Origin: Pedobacter sp.
Lineage (GTDB): Bacteria > Desulfobacterota > Desulfuromonadia > Desulfuromonadales > Syntrophotaleaceae
Direction of reading: 5' to 3'
Assembly (NCBI GenBank): GCA_050253415.1
Contig: JBFWJC010000004.1
Location: forward strand, 160,001-224,000
Length of the DNA stretch: 64,000 nucleotides
Part shown: positions 19,036-28,714 of the stretch, one piece after another
Layout of the letters: every line of letters begins with the position of its first letter
How positions within the stretch are numbered: position 1 is the stretch's first letter
Position numbers and translations under genes: made by a program
The notes under the pieces: generated by a model
The model's database searches: none
What the model was told of the DNA's origin: nothing
The model's input: the letters and a program-made list of their open reading frames with translations, nothing else

Positions 19036-20085
19036 ATGCCATCCGGATCGGGTTTGGTTTTAACGGAACAGCCCCCTTTGCGCTACTACGACATTCACAA
19101 TCTGTCACTGCGAGTTGAATCCGAGGATCAGGGACTTTTTTCAGCCATGGAGTCTCTGACAGCCGGTTTTTTCAGCCTGCCTGCATCTCCCCCTACGGAT
19201 AACAGTTTCATCCTGCGGGGACAAAGCGTTGTCGGCAGGGAAGAATTGCCTCTTCCCGACGAGCGCAGCTATCCCCTTTCGTTTGCCGGGACACCGGATA
19301 TCGGCCTGCCGATCAGACTATTGGTAAAACCACCGCACGAGCGCGTCTGGTTGCAACGGGATACCACCGTAACCCGCTGTGATTTGGGAAGACGCCAGGC
19401 GGAAGCCGTCGTCGTCCAGGGCCACTGGCCTTCATGGGGCTTCCAGACTCTGATCCCGCTGTTGGCGGAAGCGCTTGGCCGGCAGGACATGTTTCTGCTG
19501 CACGCTGGGGCGAATCTGTGGCCCGACGGTCGTTCATGTGTGCTGTTTTTCGGTGCCAGCGGCACCGGTAAGACCACGACGGTTCTGTCCCTGGCCTGCC
19601 AGGGCTGGTCACTACTCTGCGATGACGCAGGTTTTCTTACCACCCAGCAAGGCCAGCCCAGTCTGTGGGGACTGCCGCGAGCGAGCAAGGTTCACCATCA
19701 AACATTTCAACTGCTGCCATCCCTGTCTAAAATACCCCGCAAGGCCATTGCCGGCAGCGAGGAATGTCTGGTCAGCTTTCGTGATCTACCACATGTGTCC
19801 CCCCGAGAACGCATCCCGGTTCGCGCTATTTTTCTTCTGCAACCGCGCAACACAATACAGCACTTCTGCAGTCCTCTCACCGCAACGACCGTGTTGCCAC
19901 GCCTGATTCAAGGAAATATGAGGGTTATCGACCCCAACGCAACAGATAATGCCGGGAGGATGTTTAAAACTCTGAGCATCTTGTGCAAAACAACCCCTTG
20001 TTACAGTCTTTCCGTTGGGCCGGACCTAACGACCCTGCCAGCAGTCATACAAGCCTTGCCTGCGTCGAAGTTCTCCGCATGTTGA
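19036..20085 (+). CDS. HPr kinase-related P-loop peptide kinase
   Basis: LLHAG, GASGTGKTT Walker A, LLCDD. Confidence 0.8.
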   Translation: MPSGSGLVLTEQPPLRYYDIHNLSLRVESEDQGLFSAMESLTAGFFSLPASPPTDNSFILRGQSVVGREELPLPDERSYPLSFAGTPDIGLPIRLLVKPPHERVWLQRDTTVTRCDLGRRQAEAVVVQGHWPSWGFQTLIPLLAEALGRQDMFLLHAGANLWPDGRSCVLFFGASGTGKTTTVLSLACQGWSLLCDDAGFLTTQQGQPSLWGLPRASKVHHQTFQLLPSLSKIPRKAIAGSEECLVSFRDLPHVSPRERIPVRAIFLLQPRNTIQHFCSPLTATTVLPRLIQGNMRVIDPNATDNAGRMFKTLSILCKTTPCYSLSVGPDLTTLPAVIQALPASKFSAC

Positions 20086-21140
20086 GCCCGATGGACAGCT
20101 TATTCCTGGCCTTGTGCGACCCTGAAAGCATCGGCCCATCGTCAAACTGCAGGTTTTCAACGCAAGACCTGATACCGGCAGAATTGTGCCGAAAGGCCAC
20201 CTTTCACGGGGTTCACGGCCTGCTGCTGGCTAACCTGCAAAATCCAGCTTGGCAAGATAGCGCATCCAGAGAATGGTACGAGGCCATGCAGAAAGAGCTG
20301 ACGCCCATTGTCCGTGCTGACAGGGCGCGCGGTTTGGCACTGCGAGCCCAGGGAGAACGCATTTTACAGGTTTTGCGCGCCAGCAATATCCCGGTGCAAT
20401 TGATCAAAGGCGCGGATTTTGCGGACCATCTCTATCCTCGACCTGAATTGCGCAGTTTTACGGACATCGATCTGTTGGTTCGCCCGGAAGATTTCCAATC
20501 CGCACAAGACCTGTTACTTGAATGGGGTTGCCAACAACACCACACCGGCACGCTGAAACATGCGGCAACTTACGGTGAAACGGCCTTTACCAGCAAGGTT
20601 GCCGGCATGCAGCTGCGCGTGGAACTGCACTGGAACCTGGTAAACTCGCCTGCGTTACAAAAAGCCATGAGCGTCACTTTGAACGACCTGCTGGATGAGC
20701 ACGGGACATTGCGCCATGAAGGTCGTCTTCTGCTCGCCGCCATACATGCCGGCACCGGACATCAGTTCGATCGTCTGAAATTCCTCCTCGATCTACGGCA
20801 GATTTTTCGTCGTCTCAGTAAACAGTCCAATCTGCCATGGCTTTCCGAACGAATTACCCGAACCGGCTGTCGGCAGGTGATGGCAACGGCCTGCTGGCTG
20901 GTAGAAAATCTTTTTCAATGCAACGATGCACGCCAGTCAAGACTCCATCTCGGGATAAAGCACCCAGCCCTTCTCTGGAGGTGGATTCTGTCCCCGGGGT
21001 TGGTACTACGAGCCCACCAGCCGAACATAGCTGACGCCTTGCGTAAAAATCTCTACCGACAGCACCTTAAAAATGATCCAGTTGGCCCACCCCCCATGTC
21101 TGCGGACACTGAGCCCGCCAAACAACGAGGACCGTTGTGA
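20079..21140 (+). CDS. Nucleotidyltransferase (NTP_transf_5-like)
   Basis: LIKG...LYP...R.FTDIDLLV and VELHW motifs; overlaps the kinase stop. Confidence 0.83.
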   Translation: MLSPMDSLFLALCDPESIGPSSNCRFSTQDLIPAELCRKATFHGVHGLLLANLQNPAWQDSASREWYEAMQKELTPIVRADRARGLALRAQGERILQVLRASNIPVQLIKGADFADHLYPRPELRSFTDIDLLVRPEDFQSAQDLLLEWGCQQHHTGTLKHAATYGETAFTSKVAGMQLRVELHWNLVNSPALQKAMSVTLNDLLDEHGTLRHEGRLLLAAIHAGTGHQFDRLKFLLDLRQIFRRLSKQSNLPWLSERITRTGCRQVMATACWLVENLFQCNDARQSRLHLGIKHPALLWRWILSPGLVLRAHQPNIADALRKNLYRQHLKNDPVGPPPMSADTEPAKQRGPL

Positions 21141-22597
21141 GAGTCTTACTGATTGCCCCGACGCCCCCTGCCTGCCATTGGCCGCAAGGCGTATTTTTCT
21201 ACCCGGTGGTCCCGACAGAACTGGCCCACTGTGCAGCGCTGCTGCGCCAACACGGACATCAAGTACATCTCGAACAACGCGAAATCAGCCTGCTGCAGGA
21301 AAAGTTCGACTGGACGAAAGCGGATGCCCAGTTTGAAGCTTTACTGCTAAAATTCTTACCGGAACTGGTGGTCTTTTTTACCCCGACCGCATCGGCTGAT
21401 GAAGCCTTTCGTTTGGCCGATATAACCCGATCGTTTCTGGGGTCCTCCGCAAACATCCTGCTGTGTGGCCCCCATGCAACAGCGCTGCCGGAACAAACCC
21501 TCGCAGACTGTCCGGTTCTGGACGCGGTCATGGTCGGCGAATGGGAATGGACCCTGCTGGAGGCCGCGGAAAGGGGGCTAACCCCTGGTATCGCAGGCCT
21601 TCGATGTCCGACAGCGCCTCAAAAAGGCTGCATACCGCGACCGGCCTGTACCGAACTGGATAGTTTGCCTATGCCGGCGTGGGATCTGTGCGACATGGCC
21701 TATATCACCAACCGGCATCGTTGGCTGATTCGATGGCTTCCTTTACGGACCATCAATCTGCGTACCTCCCGCGGTTGCCCCAATGCCTGCAACTTTTGCG
21801 CTGCTCCGCTGACGGCCGGGGCCGGTGTCCGTTTCCATTCCGTGGAATACGTAACGGAAATGCTTGCTTACGCATTGCAAATCTATCCGGTCGAAGCGGT
21901 ACTGTTTGAGGATGAAACGTTTGCCGCGGATGAGTCACGTTTGCGGCAGTTGTGCGAAACGATACAAACACGGGGATGGCATCGCCGCCTGCAATGGGCC
22001 TGCTGCCTGCGCACCGACCAGGCGCGCCCCGACCTGCTGCGCGCAATGAAGGCCGCCGGCTGCATCCAGGTTGAATACGGATTTGAAACGGCAAGCAACA
22101 CGCTGCTGCAGGCCATAGGCAAAAATACCACCGTCGAGCAAAACCTTGCCGCCGCCCACCACACCAGAGAAGCTGGCCTGCGTGTTTACGCCAATATCAT
22201 GTTCGGGCTTCCCGGAGAAACGGCCATGGACATGCGCAACACAGTCAATTTTATCCGCGCCATACGCCCCGAAGTCATCTCCGCCTCCGCGATGGCCCCG
22301 TTCCCCGGCACAGCATTGTTTCGCGGCTTGAGCGCGGCGCAAAAAAAACGTCTGCAATGGGGAACGTTCACCTATCCGGATCAGTTTCGTTCCGGCTTTA
22401 ACCCCACGGCCATGACCGATGCACAATGGCGGAAGAAATACCTTCAGGTGCAGAAACACTTCATCAAGCCTCTGATATTACGGCAACTGCTGCGCGATGC
22501 GGAAAAGGAATCATCGGCCAATATCCAGCATTGGCGCAAACGATGGCGCCGTTTCTGCCGCCGGCACCCACTGAAAGCCTGGCGCCTGCCGGTTTAA
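21137..22597 (+). CDS. B12-binding-domain radical SAM enzyme
   Basis: N-terminal B12 domain (GPHATALP, GEWE); SRGCPNACNFC; DETF; GFET; GLPGET; GTGA overlap with the NTase. Confidence 0.9.
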   Translation: MRVLLIAPTPPACHWPQGVFFYPVVPTELAHCAALLRQHGHQVHLEQREISLLQEKFDWTKADAQFEALLLKFLPELVVFFTPTASADEAFRLADITRSFLGSSANILLCGPHATALPEQTLADCPVLDAVMVGEWEWTLLEAAERGLTPGIAGLRCPTAPQKGCIPRPACTELDSLPMPAWDLCDMAYITNRHRWLIRWLPLRTINLRTSRGCPNACNFCAAPLTAGAGVRFHSVEYVTEMLAYALQIYPVEAVLFEDETFAADESRLRQLCETIQTRGWHRRLQWACCLRTDQARPDLLRAMKAAGCIQVEYGFETASNTLLQAIGKNTTVEQNLAAAHHTREAGLRVYANIMFGLPGETAMDMRNTVNFIRAIRPEVISASAMAPFPGTALFRGLSAAQKKRLQWGTFTYPDQFRSGFNPTAMTDAQWRKKYLQVQKHFIKPLILRQLLRDAEKESSANIQHWRKRWRRFCRRHPLKAWRLPV

Positions 22598-22766
22598 ATC
22601 TGCCCCGGCGCTCCATTCACATTCAACGACCCTGCCGCAACCGTTGCAGATCTCAAACCGTTTCCAATTTCGGATTGCCAAACCGAAGGTTAGTGCGTAT
22701 GTTTTCAGGTTGAAGTACTTTGCGGATACATGGAAAGCGCCCGCTGCCAACCCAAGGAGATCCCAC

Positions 22767-23783
22767 GTGCGTATCCTTATCGTCACCCCTGAACAACCAC
22801 GCACGACAGGCAACTGGGTTTCAGCGCGGCGCCAACAGAAAGGACTACAAGCCCTTGGCCACGACGTTCATATCGTCGAAGCCGGAGAATCCGTCCAGCA
22901 ACTGGAAGGGGTCATTGAAAAGTACGCCCCCGATGTAGTGAATCTACTGCATGCTTTTCGCAGTGGCAAACAATGGCTGGCATGCAAACAAGCCGAACGC
23001 ATCCCCATGGCAGTCACGCTGACGGGCACCGACGTTAATCATGGACTTGCACATTCGGAACAGAGTCCGACAATTCTGACCGTCCTGAACCAGGCTCAAG
23101 CCGTCATTACCATTAATGCCCTGACCGCCATGGCGTTGCAGAGGCGTTACCCCGACCTGGCCTTGCGCCTGCACCACGTAGCACCTGCCATCGATCCCGG
23201 CCACGAGCCTTATAGCCTTCGCCAGAGACTGGAGATGCCACAGGACTGCGTACTATTCCTGCACCCTGCCAGTATCCGCCCCGTAAAAGCAAACCTGGAA
23301 CTGCTTGAAATGTTCCTGCCGGTTGCCTCCGCCGAACAGTCCTGCCGGCTGGTTTTTTGCGGACCGATGCTTGATGCTGTTTATGGAGATCGCTTTTTTA
23401 ACGCCATGAAACTATGCCCATGGGCCCATTACGCAGGAGAAATCCCGGCAGGTGCCATGCCTGCCGCCATGCTGGATGCAGACATCATCATCAACAACTC
23501 GATCAGTGAGGGCTTTTCCAACACCCTGTATGAAGCGGCCTGTCTTGGGACCCCGATATTGGCCAACGATATTCCCGGCAACATGGTTGCTTTTGAATCA
23601 GGCCGGCAGGGCCTTTTATACGACACGCCGCAAAGGTTCGTTGAGCAAGCGCTGACTATGGTACGCAATCCGGAGTTGCGCCGACAGCTCTCACAACCAC
23701 AGCATGCGCCGCGTTCACCGCAGGAAGAAGCCCGGCAACTCGAAAAAATCTTTTTAGCACTCGTAGCACAACCCCGATTGTAA
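22767..23783 (+). CDS. GT4 glycosyltransferase, SenB-like N-terminus
   Basis: GTG start with AAGGAG RBS; TGNWVSARR, LHAFRSG, LTGTD, SISEGFSNTLYEA. Confidence 0.82.
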   Translation: MRILIVTPEQPRTTGNWVSARRQQKGLQALGHDVHIVEAGESVQQLEGVIEKYAPDVVNLLHAFRSGKQWLACKQAERIPMAVTLTGTDVNHGLAHSEQSPTILTVLNQAQAVITINALTAMALQRRYPDLALRLHHVAPAIDPGHEPYSLRQRLEMPQDCVLFLHPASIRPVKANLELLEMFLPVASAEQSCRLVFCGPMLDAVYGDRFFNAMKLCPWAHYAGEIPAGAMPAAMLDADIIINNSISEGFSNTLYEAACLGTPILANDIPGNMVAFESGRQGLLYDTPQRFVEQALTMVRNPELRRQLSQPQHAPRSPQEEARQLEKIFLALVAQPRL

Positions 23784-23849
23784 TTCCCTTTCAAACTTGC
23801 CGGCTTCCGGCTGTAAAACACCATCGATTGCAGCACCGATATCGGCTTT

Positions 23850-25244
23850 TCAAATCTCGGCTTCGATCTTAGCCCCGATGCTGGATTGAACCCGACGCAA
23901 ACGAACGCCAAGAAAAACGGCCGAAATACTCAACCCGACTATGAGACTTATCCAGAATCCTCTTGCCCCCATCGGGACGCCCCAAACAGAGGTCAGCGAA
24001 AGGCTGTAACCCAACGGCATCGCAACCCCCCAGAAAGCAACCATTATCAAGACCAGGGGCATACGGGTATCTTTGTAGCCGCGCAGAGCCGCAACAGCAC
24101 CAACCTGGTAAGCATCGGAGACCTGATAAAGAGCATTCAGATAAAGCAGCCCTACGGCAATGGCAACAACCTGGCTGTCCCGCGTATACAAGCTGGCAAT
24201 CTGTTCGGCGAACAGCATGGTAAAACCAGCCGTCATGACTGCAACCAAAGAATTAATCAGTAATCCCGTTCGGCATATCCGTTTTGCAAGAGCGAACCGT
24301 TTGGCCCCGACCGCATGCCCCACCCGGATGGTGATAGCGCTGGCGATACTCAGGGGGACCATAAAAACCGTAGCTGAATAGTTAAGGGTAATCTGGTGAG
24401 AAGCAACGACCAACGCTCCCAACGGTGCCAAAAACAGGGCAATCAAGGCAAAGACACTCGATTCGACCAGCAAGGAGAAACCGATGGGCAATCCGAGCCG
24501 AAGAATCTGCATGCCACCTTCCTGCCCACAAGGTCGGGTAAAATCAAAACAATATGTGGCGGCATAGGCCCTGCCCCGTAAAATTGTCATCACCATACAG
24601 CCACACATAAACCATAGCGTAAGCGCGGAAGCCCATCCGCAGCCGACACCTCCGAGTGCGGGAAATCCGAGTTTGCCATAAATCAATACATAATTGACGG
24701 CGACGTTAACCGGTAGACTGGCCACCCCAATAAGCATGCTAGGGCGCACCAGACCTAATCCTTCGCTTAGATTCCGCAAAAGAAAAAACACAGCGGCTGG
24801 AGGCAGTCCCCATGCAATGGCCTTGAGATATCGAGAAGCAATTAAAGAGACCTTGGGAACAACTCCCATCATTGAAAACACCATATCGGCATGACGCAAG
24901 AGCAACATCGCCACCACAACCATCGGCAAGGCTACCCCTATGCCGCGTCGTACCAGCGGACCAGTTTGGTCGGTATGCCCAGAACCATGTAATTGCGCAA
25001 CCATTGGCGTAATAGCCAACAAAATCCCGTAAAGAAACAGGGAGACAGGAATCCACAGACTGCCGCCGATGGCCACCCCTGCAAGGTCCGTAGCACTGAC
25101 CCTGCCGGCCATGATCGTATCGGTAAAAGCCAGAGCCTGTTGCGCCAGATGAGCGACCAGGATAGGGCCGGCAAGTATCATCAGGGCTCGGCCTTCAATC
25201 TTAAAACCAGGCATGTGCGCCCACTTCATAGGAAACACAGTCAT
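23850..25244 (-). CDS. MATE efflux transporter (NorM-like)
   Basis: About 12 TM; DTIMAG, LIYGKLGFPALGGVG, ALRGYKDT. Confidence 0.92.
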   Translation of the reverse strand: MTVFPMKWAHMPGFKIEGRALMILAGPILVAHLAQQALAFTDTIMAGRVSATDLAGVAIGGSLWIPVSLFLYGILLAITPMVAQLHGSGHTDQTGPLVRRGIGVALPMVVVAMLLLRHADMVFSMMGVVPKVSLIASRYLKAIAWGLPPAAVFFLLRNLSEGLGLVRPSMLIGVASLPVNVAVNYVLIYGKLGFPALGGVGCGWASALTLWFMCGCMVMTILRGRAYAATYCFDFTRPCGQEGGMQILRLGLPIGFSLLVESSVFALIALFLAPLGALVVASHQITLNYSATVFMVPLSIASAITIRVGHAVGAKRFALAKRICRTGLLINSLVAVMTAGFTMLFAEQIASLYTRDSQVVAIAVGLLYLNALYQVSDAYQVGAVAALRGYKDTRMPLVLIMVAFWGVAMPLGYSLSLTSVWGVPMGARGFWISLIVGLSISAVFLGVRLRRVQSSIGAKIEAEI

Positions 25245-25418
25245 ACACCCTCAAAATGAAAAGCTCTCGGAATGCGGGAGGCGGTATCACAAGATACAAC
25301 GGTTTGTCGTTTGACTTTCAAACATGTAACCTTTACAAACTAGTATTTATGAAGGCAATGTCCTTACTTCGATTTTGCCCATCATCCAACGACACTACCA
25401 TGCAGCGAAAGACAAATT

Positions 25419-26162
25419 ATGGCGAAAAGTCCAATGAATTTTCGTAAAAAAGCACTTCACCTGCTCTACCGCATCCAAGGCAAGAGAGTCTTGCACTTCC
25501 TCCATTTAGGTAAAACAGGTGGGACCGCTGTAAAACACGCCCTAATGCAGGCTCCTTCGGGAAGAAGGCATGTCCTCTACCTACATTCTCACAATGTCAA
25601 ATTGGAAGATATTGCAAAAGGGGAAGGTGTCTTCTTCTGCGTACGTAATCCAACGGCACGCTTTATCAGCGGATTTTACAGCCGTCAGCGTCAAGGTCAA
25701 CCCCGCCATTTCAGCCCATGGAGCCCCGAAGAAAAAAGTGCGTTTGAATTTTTCAGCACCCCAAACCAGTTAGGAAAAGCTCTTTCCTCGCAGGATCTTG
25801 AGCTAAGGCAACGGGCGATCAATGCCATGAAAAACATTCAACACATCAACTCCTCATACTGGGACTGGTTCAAGGATGAAGAATACCTGAGATCACGCCA
25901 GTCAGATATCTTTTTCATAGGCTTTCAGGAACAGTTGACTGAAAACTTCGAAATTTTGAAAATACGCCTCGAAATTCCCGCAAACATCGAACTGCCAAAA
26001 GATGACTTCCATGCTCATCGAAATCCCATACACCTGGATACATCCCTTGAAGCACAGGCCGTTAAAAACATCAGGGACTGGTACCAGGATGATTACCGAT
26101 TCATCAAACTATGTCGTGAAATCGTTGACCAACAGAAAGTGGAGGAAAAGACCATCCGATGA
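25419..26162 (+). CDS. Sulfotransferase family 2 protein
   Basis: FLHLGKTGGT PAPS-binding loop; VRNPTARFISGF. Confidence 0.72.
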   Translation: MAKSPMNFRKKALHLLYRIQGKRVLHFLHLGKTGGTAVKHALMQAPSGRRHVLYLHSHNVKLEDIAKGEGVFFCVRNPTARFISGFYSRQRQGQPRHFSPWSPEEKSAFEFFSTPNQLGKALSSQDLELRQRAINAMKNIQHINSSYWDWFKDEEYLRSRQSDIFFIGFQEQLTENFEILKIRLEIPANIELPKDDFHAHRNPIHLDTSLEAQAVKNIRDWYQDDYRFIKLCREIVDQQKVEEKTIR

Positions 26163-26259
26163 TTTAATGACGTCTATACAGGCGTTGATAAATATTTTAT
26201 TGCAAAGATTTGAAGGGGAGGATGGATTAAAAGGAAAAAGAAGATAGGTATGGAAATTT

Positions 26260-26544
26260 TTAACAACAAAGTGAGTTTACTATTTTTCTATAACAGGGAA
26301 AGTTCTTACTTAGTTTTCCGGTTATCTCATTTTTATACAAACTAAAAACTTTAATTGCAAGGTCAGGGCATATACTTGCACAGTATGCACACCCAGCACA
26401 ATTACCTTCATCAGAAAATACAGCAGTATAAACATGCTGATCATTCCCTACATTTTTTAAGAATAAGAGATTCCTCGGGCATGAAACCGTACACAAACCA
26501 CAGCCCTTGCATTTAGAAATATCTATTTCGATATGAGCAAACAT
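26260..26544 (-). CDS. 4Fe-4S dicluster ferredoxin-like protein
   Basis: CKGCGLCTVSCP and CAGCAYCASICP. Confidence 0.88.
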   Translation of the reverse strand: MFAHIEIDISKCKGCGLCTVSCPRNLLFLKNVGNDQHVYTAVFSDEGNCAGCAYCASICPDLAIKVFSLYKNEITGKLSKNFPCYRKIVNSLCC

Positions 26545-26740
26545 TTTTCACCCTAAGTAAATATTTCTTAACTGTACCTACGACAAAGTTATCAAGCAAT
26601 TGAAATCGAGTCAACATTTTACATATTAATAAAACGCCTCCCCCTTTTAAAAACAAACATGCAATTATCACGAATACCATACATGGATAAGATTACCATT
26701 AAACATAAACACAACCTTTATTGCCCCCCCCTGAAAATAA

Positions 26741-27943
26741 TCATACCCCATACCCCTGCAGATCTTGTGTCCACATGCACAGTTGATTGCGGCCACAGTT
26801 TTTGGCTTTGTAAAGTGCTTGATCCGCCAGTTCAATCAAGTTCTCGATCGAAGTTTGCTGCCCGGATTGCAAGGTCACAAATCCAACACTGAGGGTTAGA
26901 AAGCCCTCGTCCCGTCCCACAGGGATATCGGCAGATTCGATGCACTCCATAATTCTACGCCCGACTTGCTCGGCAATTTGACTGGATGCGTTCGGCAGCA
27001 ACAATGAAAACTCCTCGCCTCCATATCGACAAGCTGTATCTCCATTGCGCAAAGCATCGCCGATGATTTCACCAACCAGTGCCAAAATCTGGTCACCCAC
27101 CACATGCCCGAGTCGATCGTTTACTTCCTTAAAATTATCGATATCAACCAACATCAGGCTCAACTCCTGTCCCGTCTTGGATGAGTTCTCCAATTCCTGC
27201 GCTAACATAGAAAAAAAGTGGCGTCTATTCGGCAGACCGGTAAGAGGGTCCAAAAGAGACAATCGCTGTGCCTTTTCACGTTGCTGTTCCACCTCGGAAA
27301 GGGCCAGATATAGGCGGTCCGACTGATCTTGGACAGTAATTTTATGGATAAATTCCTTTCGCTGGGACAACTCCATGGAATAACAGGCAAACATTCCACC
27401 AATATTAAAGAAGAAAAAGATAAAAATATTATTAAAAAAAATGGGCCCCGGGGTATCAGTAAAAAAAATAGCAACCATAAAATACAGACCAAAGATGCCC
27501 CAAGAGAGGATATTGGACACCACCTGCTTTGGTTCAAATACATAATAAAACAGACAGCACAGGATTAACCCACCATAATACAGATGATTTCCAGGAGAAG
27601 ATGATTGCGCCATCAACAAAAGCAAGCCACCACCCGCAGCGAAACCATTCAGTAAGGATATAGCTGTCCAGTATTTCCTGTAAAGAGAGGTACCGATAAG
27701 GCAATAGGTAGCAATCAGCATAGGACATACAACAAAGAACCTGACAATGAAGCACAGAAGCAACTGTTCTCTCAGGAGGAAGTAATCAAGAACAAAAAAA
27801 ATTGCATATAAAAATGTCCCACCTAAATAAATCAACCTTGGAACAAAAAGGTTACTGAATACGACATCCTGCAAAAACTGATTTTCAAGTTTTCTATCTA
27901 AAAACTTCAGGGTTGTCCCAATGGAAACAGCATCTATAATCAT
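26741..27943 (-). CDS. Membrane-bound diguanylate cyclase
   Basis: About 6 TM; DPLTGLPNRR, DIDNFK, RNGD I-site, GGEEF. Confidence 0.9.
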   Translation of the reverse strand: MIIDAVSIGTTLKFLDRKLENQFLQDVVFSNLFVPRLIYLGGTFLYAIFFVLDYFLLREQLLLCFIVRFFVVCPMLIATYCLIGTSLYRKYWTAISLLNGFAAGGGLLLLMAQSSSPGNHLYYGGLILCCLFYYVFEPKQVVSNILSWGIFGLYFMVAIFFTDTPGPIFFNNIFIFFFFNIGGMFACYSMELSQRKEFIHKITVQDQSDRLYLALSEVEQQREKAQRLSLLDPLTGLPNRRHFFSMLAQELENSSKTGQELSLMLVDIDNFKEVNDRLGHVVGDQILALVGEIIGDALRNGDTACRYGGEEFSLLLPNASSQIAEQVGRRIMECIESADIPVGRDEGFLTLSVGFVTLQSGQQTSIENLIELADQALYKAKNCGRNQLCMWTQDLQGYGV

Positions 27944-28714
27944 TGAAAAATCTCCACAAGCTACCACATATAGTGAAGCCCTTACTTTTGACGTCCATTA
28001 TTTTTTATCACAAAACCCTGTTTGTACTGCACAAACGACTGTAAAAATGGGGACCCTAGGAAAATTGGATCGGGTATATTGAAGTAAATGATCCACGTAA
28101 TCAGTGCCTGATAATGCCAGATGGCTCAAATAGATTTAGCACCGCGTCCTTTATACAGGCAGTGATAAAATACAATATTTGCAAGGCGCCACCTTGGCAG
28201 AAAAATTGCAAAAAACCTTAACCTTAGGGGGGGGGAGGAACCGTTTAATGTGCTACAACCCCAACTTCGATATCCAACGGACACAACACCATGCAAGCAA
28301 AGTGCTTGCCATATTGCCGCAGCATCTCATATTAAGTTAAGTTTTCAAGTCAGGAGATTTTCTATTTAAATAAAATAAGGTAAAATACAAACCTTGGTTC
28401 CGGAACGTGCTAAAGCCCCTGGTGATCATTACCGTCCATACACCAGACAAATGTCGAACCTTTCCTGCAGCAGAATATCAAAGGTGTGCTTTGAAAAACC
28501 GAAGAGGGAATCCACAACCATGAAAAGGGTGAACAACCGGAAGAAATTGCCATTTTTTTAATATTCACTCATCATAACAGGAAAGATGTTGTATCATGCT
28601 AGCGAGGCGGGATCTTCATGGATTTTTCAAAAATAACCCCGACTCCACAATAACGCATTCAACATCAAGCAAATCGCCAGTATCTTTCAGCAATAAAACA
28701 GAACGAGACTAATC

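Noticed and set aside
17872..22597. Canonical lasso peptide or PQQ biosynthesis cluster
   Set aside because: No lasso cyclase and no ring-forming acid at core position 7-9; no PqqB, PqqC or PqqE and no ExxxY core
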